Shown here in pieces: positions 19,723 through 33,270 of a stretch of DNA of 64,000 nucleotides (its first letter is position 1; every line of letters begins with the position of its first letter). A program made the position numbers and the translations under genes. The stretch comes from Isurus oxyrinchus. Its lineage: Eukaryota. The notes below the pieces were generated by a model, which had not been told where the DNA came from, did no database searches, and worked only from the letters and a program-made list of their open reading frames with translations. The stretch lies in the NCBI GenBank assembly GCA_026770705.1, contig JANJGN010000031.1, positions 1,488,001 to 1,552,000 of the forward strand, read 5' to 3'.

Positions 19723-22700
19723 GGGACAGAACTTTCCCAAACTTGCTCTAAATGCGGTAGCGGGTGGGTAAAACGTTGTTTTACCCACTGGCCACAATGG
19801 CAGCTTTACGCAGTATCGTCCCAAACCCGCCTCCTTATTTATGCACTCCAGGGAAACACGCTGTTTCCATGGCGAGCAGATTCTCATTCACCGCCCGCCA
19901 TCACCCCGCTGCTGCATCACCCCGGGTGCCATGTTTAAAGTCCAGCCACAAGCACACATCCCAGTGCTTCCAGCTCACCACTGCTGCTCCAAAGACATGG
20001 CCCTGAAAGTGAAAATGACTGCAGCCTCCAGGTTCAGCGACACGCCCCTTGATCACCTTTTGGATGCCATGGAGGCTCATCGTGATGTTCTCTACATCCG
20101 CTGTGGCCGCAGGATGGGCAGCAACCGCACTAATCCAGCGAGGTGGCAGCGGTGGTCAGTGCCAACACCCTGCAAAACAGCACAGCCACCCACTGCTGCA
20201 AAAGGATGAATGATCTCCTCCATCCCACCAGGGTAAGTCACCCTTCTCATCGCTCCCAACTCACACACTCACAAACCCATCACACACCCACAGGGCCCTC
20301 ACTCACTGGCGATTGAAGGGACATCACAATTCAATCTCTCACTCTCACCATCATTGTCCTCATCTCATCCATGGGACCACTCATCACCCACACATGCCAG
20401 GCACCTTTATCATCTGGCCCAGCAGGCATCCTGCTTACACTCTCTCCATCTCAATTCATGCAGGACATCTGGCACACAACGAAAAGGAGAGGTCACAGAC
20501 TGGTGGAGGAATGTCTGAAATCAAGGTCCTCACAGACTTTGAAAACAGCCATCCAGCTGGTCAGTGAGGATCTGGACTGTTCCTGTGCTGATGGTGAGGT
20601 CGGCGCGGCTCTACCAAGTGAGGATCCAGCAGTGCAACATCCATCAGACAACCATGCTCTGAGTGATGTGTCCTGCTTCACAGGCCGCTGCCATGCACTA
20701 ATTATCTCCCCTTGCTTCCACAGGCACATCTGCCAAATGACTGACAGAGTCCATGACCCAGGGCCTCCAATCAAACCCCAAAAAAACCTCTGAAGAGGAA
20801 TCTGAAGGCACCCTCCCTAAAGCCCTGTCACAGCGCTCACCTACACACTCCACCAGTGCAGAGACACACACCTCAGTGGGACCTAGCTGTAGAGTAGCCT
20901 TGGGACCACAATCTGGTGAGCACGTTGCACTGTCTAATCCACAGCAGGCAGAGGCAGGGACTTCCCAGGTCCCCGGCACTCGGAGGACTGCTGGAGGCCA
21001 GAACCTTGCTGAGCCCGAGTCAGATGATGAGTCTCTGGACTTAGTCATGTCACAGTTGCTGGAGCTGCAAAGGCAAGCTCGAGAACATCAGGAAGGGATG
21101 TCCACTGCACTCCTCAGATTGCAAGGCACGATGGAGGAGTCTGTCCGCCTTCACTCTGGACCAAGGTCAACACTGGCAGGATGGCAGCTGCCATGGAGAC
21201 CTTGGTCCAGATGTCACTCCTGCACTGCTGCACTGATGTCATAGTTGGCCTCCTAAAGTGTGTACATGAGCGGGGTGCTGTGCAACATGATCTCACTCCA
21301 GCTGCCCTTTCTCCTCAAGGAGTCAGCCAGGGACCCTCTGACACCCATAGGGAGGAGGCCTATCCACCAGCTGACTCTGGGAGTGACTGATCCATCCAAC
21401 TCCCCTCTTACTGTGACCTCAGCAGCTTCAGCTCCACAGGCCGAGGAGGGAGCCATTGCCACACAGCAGGACCCCAAAAGCAGGCCGGGGCCCTCCAGGT
21501 CTCAGCCCTCCAGAGCACGCCCACCAAAAGTCACCACAGACAGGGCATAGCAGTCAGCAGGATGCCCCCACCTCCACTGTGGATGTCCAGGGAGCATCAA
21601 GACGTAGTGGCAGGGTTAGGGGACAGTTAAGGAGAACTAGTTGCACAGCCTGGGCACAAGTGTTAATCACTCATATATAATGTTCACTTTTGTCAATAAA
21701 CTCCCAAGAATGTCTCCCAGCCTATGGCTCCTTGCTCTGATGAGCAGGGTTCATGTCACTCAGATGTGAAATCTTTCTGCACAAGGTAAAGGCAGGTGTC
21801 TCAGTCCAGGGCCTCTTCCCTGTGTCTGTGCAGCCTTCAGACCAAAGTGATTGTCTAGCCTCACACTCCCTGGAAACATTACTGATGCCTGCACCTCAGT
21901 GGTACTGGTCATTGCTGCCAGAATGTAGTAAGCAGGCACCACAGAGTTCTTTCATTCTCTCTGTGTGCTCTCAGCACCTTTAAGTTGCGGCTGGCCCCCA
22001 TCTCTTCAATACTTGTGACCACTGATGCTGTGCTCCAGCTCCTGAAGGGCTCAGGTGCTGAGGGTGGACAAAGGATCATATGTTTCTAAAGTTTCATTGC
22101 TGCACCTCTATGATATGATCCTGATAACATAACGTAAGCGAGCTGCCCTCAGCCAGACAGGAGTCAGACATTCTCAGAGGCTATGTGATGATTTATGGAG
22201 TGTCTTCACTGTGTGCTGTAATCATCGTCCTGCAACTGAGTGACTGTTAGGGCCTCCACTGCATCTCCATGACAGGAGCATTATCACAGAGGGTATTGGC
22301 ATTGCCAATACATTACATAATGTCGTCAAACATTCACAAATGCGATGTGAGGAACTATGGGGTCTCTCCAATGCATATCATCATCATCCTCCACAAATCT
22401 ATCAGCTATGAGAGCCTCATCCCCGTTGTTATTTGTCTCTGAGGACCCCCTCACCCTCATCCCTGTCGGTGTCCTCCTCATCCAAGGAGACCTCCAGCTC
22501 CTCCATCTCCTCCTCTCAATCTCGTATCACCTTTGAATCACCAGGTTATAAAGGACGCAGCAGACGATGATGATGCATGACACCCTCTGTGGACTGTATT
22601 GCAGGGCTCCACCAGCACTGGAACCTCACTTTCAGCATCCCAATGGTCTGCTCCACCAAGTTGCGAGCAGCTACATGAGCCTCATTACAGTGTCGCTCTG

Positions 22701-23108
22701 CTGCAGTCTGAGGCCGCCACACGGGTGTCATCAGCCACGGCCTCTGTGAGCAGCCCTTGTCCCCGAGCAGCCATCCCTGCAGCCTCTGTGGACCCTGGAA
22801 GACTCCAGGGATCTGTGACCGACTGAGGGTGTAGGAAACTGTGCGCACACCTGCAGGATGCATTTCTGGTCATCGCACACTAGCTGCACATTCAGCCAAT
22901 GGAACCCCCTGCAGTTGATGTAGTTCACCTTGTGTTGTGATGGAGACCTGAGCACCACATGAGTGCAGTCGATCGCACCCTACACCCGTGGGAAACCTGA
23001 GATCTGGGTGAATCCAATTGTTCATGCATCCTGGCTGTCTTAGTCCTGGGAAAAATGCACAAAGTTGTGTTGCCCTTGCAAATCTGGCATCCATGACCTC
23101 AATGCATG
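19723..23108. mobile_element. Degenerate Harbinger/PIF transposon with convergent Myb/SANT (+) and transposase (-) genes; right end truncated
   Basis: Begins GGGACAGAACTTTCCC (Harbinger-like end, tentative). Myb-like SRFSD..LD.LLDAME...W...KRMNDL, then ER.QTGGG and a coiled-coil; DDE remnant at ~22425-23108. Confidence 0.85.
19997..21680 (+). pseudogene. Harbinger accessory Myb/SANT-like DNA-binding protein remnant (spliced, frameshifted); copy at 42636-44320
   Basis: ATG at 19997 (MALKVKMTAASRFSD...), donor GTAAGT at ~20233, downstream exon AHNEKERSQTGGG, coiled-coil MSQLLELQRQAREHQE, AATAAA at ~21695. 3' boundary is approximate. Confidence 0.7.
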
Positions 23109-26100
23109 AACCAAAGTGCTAAATTCTTTGCCGGCAATAATTCACAGATTATTTCATAAACACCCGAAAAGCGACCTTGAGTCTGAGAGAAGTGAGTTAA
23201 CGGTTTTCAGCAGATTCTGAAACCGCTGTCAGGGGGCAGGTGTCCTGCTGCTGAATACACCTTGTACAGTGTGAACCATCAGAGGCGTTTAAAGGTTCCG
23301 AAATGAATTATTTCCTAGTTGTGTGGGATATTCTCTTTAGAGATGAGATGGCTGAGCTAAAGTTTGCCGAAATGGGGAAAGGGTGACGGTTTCCTATGGA
23401 TTCTGTTTGTGCGGAGAGATTGGAGTAGCCGGGATTCTCCTCCACAGTGGAGATTAGATAACAGCATTCAGATCCATGAAGGTTTTTCTTAGAGTGAATA
23501 GGGAGAAGCTGTATCCAGTGATTCGGAACCGATGAACGATGTTTTAAGATGACTAGGGGCGGTAATTAGAATTGTTTCCTTCAGTCAGTGATATCATTGA
23601 CCCTGTCTCACTTGCTCAGTTTGAACATACATGACAATCAGGAAGCGGAAGGGGCTCAGTGTCAACCCTTGGTGCTATCCAGCTTTGACTTTGAAACTTT
23701 CATTCTCCCCGAACCTGCTTCTTATTCTTGTCTGGCAACATTTGAACATGTCCTGTAATAATCGTAAGCACTTGACAGAGTCTCCGCAAATTCTAATCAC
23801 CAGGTCTTCCTCCTAGATATCCAGTCATAAGGCATCTTTAGATCAGTGACGAAATGAGGACTCGAAACGTCAACTCTTTTCTTCTCCGCCGATGCTGCCA
23901 GACCTGTTGAGTTTTATCAGCCTAGTGAACCGTCTCTCAACTCTTTCCAATGCAAGTATATCCCTGCTTAATTAAAGTGACCAAAATGGAACCCATTGCC
24001 GTATGTGTGGCCTCACCAATTCCCTGTGCAGTTGTATCAAGACTTCTCTACTTTCATACTTAAACATTAGAACTCTACTTTATAAGCACAAACTTGTTTC
24101 CAAATTGCATCATGGTCACACATATTCCCTATCCCTGGGCCTTCCCTCAGCATCTACAACCCTCCCTATCTATGTAACCACCTCCAGCCTCTACAATCCT
24201 CCATATCTCTGTAATCTCTACCAGCCCCTAAAACCCTTCCTATCTATGTAATCACCTCCAGCCCCGACAACTCTCCTCATCACTGTAATCTCCTCCAGAC
24301 TCTAAACCCTCCCTATCTCTTTAATCTCCTCCTGCCCCCACAACACTCCCTGTCTCTGTAACCTCGTCCAGCACCTACAACCGCCTATCTGTGTAACCTG
24401 CTTTTACAACCACCCCACCCCCCTCCCCACCAACTCTGTACCCTCCACCAGCCCCTTCAACCCTCCGTATCTATGTAACCAGCTCCCATCTCAAAACCTT
24501 CCGGGATCTGCAACTGTCCTAATTCTGGTCTCTGGAATATTCTCAATTTGAATTTCACTCTTATTGGCAGCGATCAACCACCAAGTAATGGGTTTCCTTC
24601 ACTACATCTCTTCGCCTCTCTATCTCTCTCCTACTTTAAGGTACTCCTGAAAACCTACCTCTTAGATCAACTTTTTGGCCATCTACTCTAATATATTCTT
24701 ACCCCGCTCGGTGTCAAAGCAGGTTTTATAATACCCAGGAGAAGTGTCTTGGGCTAGTTCACCACATTAAGGATGCCATCTAAATATAACTTTTTCTCCT
24801 TGTTGGCATTAAGGTTATAACAGCGTGAATTCACTAAACTGAAACCGGCAGTTAGAGGCTAAATTATGGGGATGGATTCTTTTTAATTTGTTCTCGTGAT
24901 GTGAACGTGGCAAGACCAAAATTAATTCCGGAGCCTTGAAAAATCATGGTGAGCCACCTCGTTCAATGGCTGCAGCGAATGATGTGTGGGTACATCCCCG
25001 GTTAGGGAGGGTGTCCTAATGTTTACACCCAGCAACAGCAAAAGAAGACTTAAGTATTTCCCATTCCGAATAGTGTGTGATTTGGAGGGGTATTTGCAGG
25101 TGGTGGTGTTCCCATGTCTCTGCTGACCCTCTCTCAGGTATAAATGTTGCAGTTTTGGATCACATTGCAAAAGAAACCTTGGCGAATTCTTGCAGTGCAT
25201 CTTGTAGATGGTACACACTGTGCTACTCAGCATCGGTAGTGCATGGAGTGAATGTTTCTGGATGTGGTGCCATCAAGCGGACTGCTTTGCCCTGGATAGT
25301 GTTTATCTTCGAGTGTTGTGGGAGCTGCACTCATCCAGGCAAGTGGAGAGTCTTCCATCAAACTCCTGACTTGTGCCATGTAGACAGTGGACAAGTCTTG
25401 GGGAGTCACGAAGTGAGTTACTTTCCACAGAAAACCCAGCCTCTGACTTGCCCTTTCAGCCCATTAGTTACGTTTCTGGTCAATGATAATCCCTAGGATG
25501 TCGAGGATGGTGCATTCAGCGAAGGCAATGCCATTGGGAGTTGTTGGAGTTACATAGACTTGGTCTCTATTCCCTTGAGTATAATACATTTAGTGGTTAG
25601 TTAATTGAGCATTAGAAAAATGTTAAAATGGGTTTATATATTTGAGAAAGGGAAACAGTTCCCTGTGGTAGCTGAATCCAGACAAGATGGCAAAGTATTG
25701 AAATTCAGGCTAGGTATATTCAGATGTCCTGTTCTATTCCTTCGCATGACCAATGTGCTTATTGGAGTTAAGGGTGAAATTGAGCTTTCAAGAGAAACAT
25801 ATGGAACAAAGACAGTTAGATACAGTTAAGACATATTTGAACCATGGTCTAATTGAATGGCTCTACTGTTTCTGTGTAAAAGGCTCGAGAGACGTTTGAA
25901 CGGCCTCTTCCTGCAGCTATATAACCGGTCTGTTTAGGGGCAATTGACCTCCTCCTGCTGAAAAGTCGAATGAGCTAAATGGGATTCCGTTGTGCCACTT
26001 CAAACAATTTCAGTCGTCTGTTTCGTGGCCCTAGAGAGTCCTCTACTGTATTTGTGGAGAAATGCAACACAGCTTCAGTATATCGATTGAGAACAAATTC

Positions 26101-26284
26101 ACTCCTCTCTATCGTTCTTCCTTTGTTTATTACATTCTCTCTTTCCTTCCTTTCTTTCGATATTCCCGATGTACCTTTTGTCTCTTCTTCTTGTCAAAAA
26201 CACATTCATTCTGCAAAATGAAATCAAGTTTTTTTGGGGACAGCGCATGATTTCCTCATTCACAGTTGTTTCCTGCCGCCTTTG

Positions 26285-26323
26285 GGCTTTTGTTGAGCTG
26301 CTCCATTTCTGTGAGTCACTGTG
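26285..26323 (-). other. 23-RSS of V-A2
   Basis: CACAGTG, 23-nt spacer, ACAAAAGCC. Confidence 0.95.
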
Positions 26324-26827
26324 AAGACTCCAGGCGCAGTAATACACGGCCGAGTGATCCACCTGCAGGTTGGGGGTCTCCAGTTTGAATTCAGGGTCAC
26401 TCGGTCTCCGGGCAGTGAAACCGTCCACCGGGTCCCTCGGAACTAACTTGGTTGATAGCAGCTGAGTAAAACATTATTTGGGGCTCTCTCCCCGGGTATT
26501 GTCTGTACCAGTTAATAGCAGGGTTAGTGCTGCCCTCCACATCGCAATTCAGTTCCACTGCCTGCCCGGGAAATTTGGAGACAGCGGTGGGAGTCTGGCG
26601 GATCGTCTGCGAGTTCACGTCTGGAGAAGAGGCAGGAAGAGGAGGAGGTCAGAACCCGAGAAATTCTGGAGATGGAGAAGGAAAGTGGGAAAGAAAGGAA
26701 GGAAGGAAGGGGGGAGGAGAGGAATAATGAAGGAAAGGAAATATAAAGGATTGTTGTTTAAACGGTTATTGCATAAAAAACATCACTTACATTGAAATAA
26801 GATCAGCAATCTCAAAACCACGTACAT
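26324..26827 (-). pseudogene. TRBV: TCR beta V pseudogene A2
   Basis: Intact leader MYVVLRLLILFQ (26827-26791); V exon 26620-26324 has the same +1 frameshift as A1. Confidence 0.9.
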
Positions 26828-29021
26828 GTTGACCGGTAAAATTTTCCTATAATAGGGAAATGAGCTGAACCAAGGGCGTTGGGCATTGTTGGGAACCGAC
26901 CTGCTTGTTTAAAATCATTGATGAAAACATGAAGAGCTTAAGGAAGTGATTTAGGTGTAAAAAGCCAAGCCCCGCCCCCTCTGATTGAAAGCCCCGCCCT
27001 CATTATTGGGTGGAACAGGACGTTTCAAAGCGGACAGAGTGGGAAAAGAAGCGGCAGATGCATTTTGATGTGACCCATTCTCAGGACATCCAGGGTCGAC
27101 CTAAGAAAGAGGGAGCAGGATACTTTCTAACTGGCGGAAGCGAAGGACTCTGGAGCTGCAAAGGAATTTAGTTGTCTCGCTGAACAAGGAAGAATCATAC
27201 AGTCCAATCGAATTTTTACTTGAAGGGAACTAGAAGGCGAAACGGAGGAAGTTCTGGCTCATTGTAAGGAACTCAGAACAAACCCCTCCGACAATCCTTC
27301 TTTCCATTCGGGGCAGTCACATCAGGAAGGATGAATTGGACCTGGAGGGTGTTCAACGCTGATGCAACAGAATTATACCTTGGTTTAAGGGGTTAAATCA
27401 TGAGGACAGGTTGCATAATCTTGTCTGCCTGACCTTCAGCATGAAAGACCCACGGGAATATTTGAGGTTCTTTCATGAGTTTCAGAAGCAGTTATCACAG
27501 GCTATAGGTACCTTGTTTTCTAGATTCCCACACCAGGAAAAATAGTATAACTTCACAGTTAGAGACATGTCTTTCAGGGTGATGTGAGGAAATATTTCCT
27601 CTGACAAATGGTTGTAGAAATCTGGAACTGTCTCCCAGCAAAAGATTAATGGGGGGGGGAGGGGGGGGGGCGTTAACCTTACATTTCAAAACTGAGATTG
27701 ATGGACTTTTTGGGGGACAGTGTGCTGAGAAATATGGACTGGAGGTGGACAGTTGGAGGTAAAATGTAGTCCTGACGCGGTCATGGTAACCATTAACATT
27801 AACACTCCCTTTTTCCTTTAGCTCATGACATCTTTGTCAATCTCTCATTTGCCTCCACCTATCGCTGGCTTTGTATCCAGATCGACCTGCCCACCCCCCT
27901 TAAACAGTATAAATTTCAACATATTTCCACTTCTCTTCAACTCTGAATAAGGGTCATACGGACTCAAAGCGTTAACACCTTCTCTCTCCACAGATGCTGC
28001 TAGGCCTGCTGTGTTCTTTCAACATTTTCTGGGTTTTTGTTTTCAGATTTCTGGCATCTGCACTATTTTGCTTTTATTTTAGTCATTTCCCTCGCCCTTT
28101 CTCTCTCTCTCTTTTTTCTGTTGTTCTTCCTTCTCTAACCTTCCCTCTCCCTTTCTATCCTTATTTCCCTCTTTCCTTTCTTTTTTTCACATTACTTAGT
28201 TGAATCTATTTATTTCTCCCTCATGTATTTGTTTAGTTTCTCCTCAAGCACATCCCTGCTGCAACCACATTCTCACCACCCACTGGATTTATTTCTCCTG
28301 GATTCCCAGTTAATTGTATTACTGATGACGTCTTCTAATCGTTTTGATCTTCCTAGAAAGTGGAAACATGTTTGCGTTATCTTTCCTATCAAACAACTTT
28401 CACAATTTCAAATACCTCTATCATGAAAATATCTCAATCTTCTTGCTCGAATAGAAATGCATATTCCAATTCTTTGCTTTTAACTATAGTCTCTCAGTTC
28501 TGGTAACCTCCTCCTTAATTTTCCTTTTCACTTTCTACAGTCCTTCACAATATAATCAGTCACTTTCATTGTAGTCTTTTCTCTTATTGTCAAAAACCAT
28601 ATTAGCTCTGCAAGAAGAACAAAACACAACAGGTCCAGCCACCGCGCAGTGTTACCATTCGCAGCTGTTTCCTGCCGCCTTTGCATGAATTAGTTTGTTC
28701 CAAACTCCTGATTCGTTTTTGTAACTTATTCTCATCTTCCCCACCTCAATTCTAATAAATCCCTTCATCATTTCAATAAAACTTCTTGACAACTGCTCTC
28801 AACATCTATTTTCCAACAAAAACGAACAAATTCAGAATATGCTGATGCTTGACCCACTCATATCTGGGAACTCTCTTCTCCAGTGCTTCCCAAACTAATC
28901 ACTCACTTTTATTCTCGCTGTTCTCTTATTGTCAAAAGGTCTTTGCCCCGAGAGAAAAAGAAACAGCGAGTCGAAGCGCCCGGTAATGTTGTTTCGGGCA
29001 GCTGTTTCCTGCCGCCTTTGG

Positions 29022-29060
29022 GGTTTTTGTTGAGCTGCTCCATCTCTCTGAGTCACTGTG
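29022..29060 (-). other. 23-RSS of V-B2 (consensus)
   Basis: CACAGTG, 23-nt spacer, ACAAAAACC. Confidence 0.97.
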
Positions 29061-29584
29061 CAGACTCCAGGCGCAGTAATACACGGCCGAGTGATTCCCC
29101 CGCAGGCTGGGGGACTCCAGCATGAACTTGGAGCCACTCGGTCTCTGGGCCTTGAAACCGTCCACCGGCCCCTCTGAACTCACTTGATTGGTGCCTGCGG
29201 AGTAAAACATCAGCTGCGGCTCCCTCCCCGGGTACTGTCTGTACCAGAACATGTAAGGGTTACTGCTCCCCTCCATAGTGCACTCCAGTTCCACTTCATC
29301 CCCGGAATATCTGGAGACAGCAGCGGGAGTCTGGCGGATAGTCTGTGAGTTCACATCTGGGGAACAGAAGGAGAGCGGAAGCCGTCAGTAAAGGGGGTTA
29401 ATTGGGTGTTGGGGAAACAAAGAAAGATAAGAGATAAACGTAGAGAAATAGAAAGAAACACCAGAAGGAGAGAGAGCAAGGGAAGGTCAGCAAGTGGAGC
29501 GGAAAGCTCGAGGCTGAGCTGGAATTGTTGTCTGGAAAGTTCCTTACAGTGAAACATGATTAACGGCGGCAGCAACAGATACAT
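29061..29584 (-). CDS. TRBV: TCR beta V gene segment B2, apparently functional; exons 29584-29548 and 29356-29061
   Basis: Intact leader, splice sites and V exon (CDR1 GSSNPY, CDR2 SAGTNQ), YYCAWSL. Confidence 0.92.
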
Positions 29585-31634
29585 CTTCCACTTCAGGTTC
29601 CCTTTGAACCAATCTTTATCACTGGTAAGAAAACACTAGAAATAAAATGCTCCTCCTCCTCACTCTGATTGGCAGCCCAACCCCTCCCATTCAGACTAAC
29701 AGCCCCGCCTTTTCCCGTTTCAGCCCCGCCTCTCTCTCCCTGATTGGATTATGTGGAGCTGCGGGCAGCAGGAAGGTGCGCACATGGGGGTGTTAGTGGA
29801 CAGGGCAAAACTCGAGGGGTCACAACTCAGATTCATCAGGACAATACCGGAGTTTAGAGGGGTAAATTAAGAAGACAGGCTGCAGCAACCTTGCTGCATT
29901 CCCTGAATTTAGAATAGTGAGGGGTGACTTAATTCAACTGCTCAAACTGGAAAAGCAAAATTGAGGGTATTTGATAGAAACTTTTCTCTCTGCTGGGAGG
30001 ACTGTCCAGAAGAGTAGAATAACCTTAAAATTAGAGTTCGGAATGAGAGGTGAGCTTATTGATACATAGAAGATTCGGAGGTTGGCTTGAAAAGGCAGAT
30101 ACTGTTCTAGTTCTGTCGAAGGGTCATGAGGGTCAACTCTTTTCTTCTCCGCCGATGCTGCCAGACCTGCTGAGTTTTTCCAGGTAATTCTGTCTTTGTT
30201 TTGGATTTCCAGCATCCGCAGTTTTCTTTGTTTTTATTTTTAGATACTGTTCTTCATGGGGGAAGAGAGAACTCGGAGCAGTTTCAAAAAAGGGGGTCGC
30301 CCGTTTAAGAGGGAGATGAGGAACAATCTCTTTGAGAGTCGTGAATGTTTGCAATTCTGTACCTCAAAGAGCAGTGGAGGATGGGTCAATGAATATATTC
30401 AAGGCTGAGCAAAAGTTTTGAATTATTCGGGAAATAGGAGATAATGAATGCGGGAAGGCTGCAGACAAAGTGGATAAGGCTGCAATGAGATTTGCCATGA
30501 TCTCATTGAATGGCAGAGCAGGCTCGTGGGGCCGAATGGCCTACTCCTGCTTTTCTTTCTTATGTCCTTAAGTTATGACCGGCTAACTTGCTCCTATATC
30601 AGTAACTACTTTCGATATTCCCGGGATAGTTTTCACTCTGACCAGCCTTGTATTCCCTGGAATGTAGAAGTTCGAAGAGTGAGCAAATCAAGGCGTTAAT
30701 GATTAAAGGATTTGATAAAGCAGATGGAGAGAAAGCATTTCCATTGCCTGGGGAAGGGTCCACCACACCGGCGCAGTACAATCAAATTCGACCCAGGCCG
30801 GTGGAAATCTTGAGCTCGGTCCCCTGCAAACAGCTGTGGAGCCTGGGGATCAACTGTAACCTTCAACAGCCGAATTAATCGAAAACAGAAAATGGTGGGA
30901 AAACGCAGGTCAGGCAGCATCTGTGGGGAGAGAAACAGATTTAACGTTTCGAGTCCGTCTAACACTTCCTCAGACCGGAAATGATAGATTTTTGTAATGT
31001 TGGGAGAACGAAAATACAGAGCGCAGGCGGGTAAATGGAGCTAAGAAACAGAGCAGCCACGATTCCATTGAATGAATGAACAGTTTCGCGGTGAGGAATC
31101 GCCTCCTCCGCCGACTCGAATGGCCGAATGGTCTCCCGATATTCCTGTGTAAAAACTTCATTAAGCTCGATGGGCCTCCTCCTGTTCCTGTCTAATAGTT
31201 TCGAGAGGGGGCTGAAATGACCTCCTCCTTTACGTATGTAACAAATCCAAAGGGACAGAATGGGGACGTATGTAACAAAACCAAAGGGACAGAATGGGGC
31301 TTCCGTATGTTGCCGTGCTGAATGGACGCCTTCTGTAACTTTGTTTCCTTTAAAACATTGTCCGGCGCTGGTCTCCTTGATGGTCTTTGTCCGTCCCCTG
31401 CTGCTCCAAGGAGAACGCGCACTTAGTGAATAAATTTCAATTATTTTTGCTGCAGTCACAAACTCCTAATTCTGGTACAATATTGTTAATTAAACTCCAG
31501 TGTTTTTACATCCATTCCCTCACTTTCATAGTAACCGGTTTCCTCTTATTGCCATAAACACGTTATTCAGCAAACGTGAAACTGGGGGCAACCGCCTGGT
31601 TCTCTCATTTACAGCTGTTTCCTGCCGCCTTTAG

Positions 31635-31673
31635 GGTTGTTGTTGAGCTGCTCCATCTCTCTGAGTCACTGTG
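31635..31673 (-). other. 23-RSS of V-C2
   Basis: CACAGTG, 23-nt spacer, ACAACAACC. Confidence 0.92.
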
Positions 31674-32151
31674 CAGACTCCAGGCGCAGTAATACACGGC
31701 CGCGTGATCCACCGGGCGACTCCAACTTGAACTCCGAGTCTCTCGATCTCCGAGCGCTGAAACCGCCCACCGGCCCCTCTGGATTTACAATATTGGTGCC
31801 TCAGGAGTCAAACATCAGCTGCAGCTCTTTCCCCGGGTCCTGTCTGTACCAGAACATGACACCGCTACTGGCTCCATCCGCAGTGCAATTCAATTCCACT
31901 CTCTCTCCAAGAAATTTGGAAATAGTTCGGGGAATCTGATGGACTGTCGCCGATTTCGCGGCTGAGAAACAAAACGGGAGAGAAGGACGTAAATAAACAG
32001 GGACATTCTCATGGAGAAGCAGGGAATGAAAGAGAAAACATGAGAGAAGGATGGAAGAAAAGAAATGATAAACGATGGATGTTGACAAACATTGTCGCTT
32101 GAAAAATCACTTACACTGAATTAAGATCATGACACTCAGCAACAGAAACAT
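31674..32151 (-). pseudogene. TRBV: TCR beta V pseudogene C2
   Basis: Leader MFLLLSVMILIQ (32151-32115) intact; V exon 31961-31674 has TGA at 31803-31801 and an 8-nt FR3 deletion. Confidence 0.9.
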
Positions 32152-32924
32152 CTTTCACTTTAAGTTTGTCTTGTAATTGGGAAAGGAACGAAAACTGGAG
32201 AGGCCAGGCTTGATGGGAGTGAAACCGCCTCCTGTCAAATCAATGAAGGGAAGATGGAGGGCCCAGGGATGTGTGCATATAGCCCTCCCTCCATGGTGGA
32301 AAGACACGCCCTCTCCCTCAATAATTGGCTGTAAGTGGAGCTGATAAGAACAGCAGGTTTCAAAGGCCAGAGGGCGCGAGTGGGCAAAGCAGTCGCAGAT
32401 GCAGTGGGTAATGTCAGAGGTCACAATTATCGGCCTAAGCGGGGAGAGCATAATATGTTCTAACTGGCGAGAAGCGAAGAACTCTAGAGCTGCAAAGGAA
32501 CTTAGTTATCCAGCATGAAAAATCTCAGATAGACAGAAAGAAAAATGAGTCACCAAGGTGAATGGAATGCTAGCCTTTACTCAAGCGGAGCTGGAGTGCA
32601 GCATGGAGCCAGTTACACTCCAGTTGTTGAGAGCGCCGGGCGGACTCCATCGCGAGATTTATTTCAGTTCTGGCCAGCTCACCTCAGGAGGGATGTATTA
32701 GTCTGAGAGGGGGCGGGGGACAAAGTGGATTGACCAGATTAATATTGGGCTCAAAGCGTTAAATCACGTGGACGGTTTCTCTGTATTCCCTTGAGTTTAC
32801 AAGATTGAGGAATGTATTTGCGAGCCCCTTTTTGGACATTTTAGAAAGGTATCCCGCGTTAATAAATAGGTGCTATTTCATCTAGTGTTCTTCTAGAACA
32901 ATGAGGTGCAGTATGTTGCTTAGT

Positions 32925-33270
32925 GCTGGTGTTGGCATCATGGTGTTGTTACTGGTCTCGTATTTCAGAGAGCCACGATTATTCTCTGGGGGCCCGGGTT
33001 CAGGTCCCACCACGGCAGGTGGCGAAATTTGAATCCAATCAAAATCTGAAATTGAAAGTCTGATGACTATGAACCGATTGTCGTAAAAACCCATCTGGTT
33101 CCCTTTAGGGAAGAGAATGTGCCGTCCTTACCCTGGTCTGGTCTACATGTGACTCCACACCCACACCCGCAGCAATGTGGTTCACTCTGAACGAGGGCAA
33201 TGAGGGATGGCCAATAAATGCTGGCCTAGCCAGCGACGCCCACATCCCACGAACGAACCATTAAAAATAA
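32925..33270 (+). mobile_element. tRNA-derived SINE with LINE-type tail; copy at ~55563-55908; absent from unit 1 (inside the deletion)
   Basis: A-box-like TGGCATCATGG, B-box-like GGTTCAGGTCCC, tail AATAAATGCTGGCCTAGCCAGCGACGCCCACATCCC and an A-rich end. Confidence 0.7.

Larger units (their letters stand above)
1..21295. repeat. Tandem segmental duplication unit 1 (phase set by window start); 5 V genes
   Basis: Position 1 (ctccagctgcc...) recurs at 21296 and 43936, and the ORF track repeats at these offsets. Unit 1 is shorter because of 1475-bp and ~325-bp deletions, partly offset by a 458-bp longer insertion at 16906. Confidence 0.97.
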
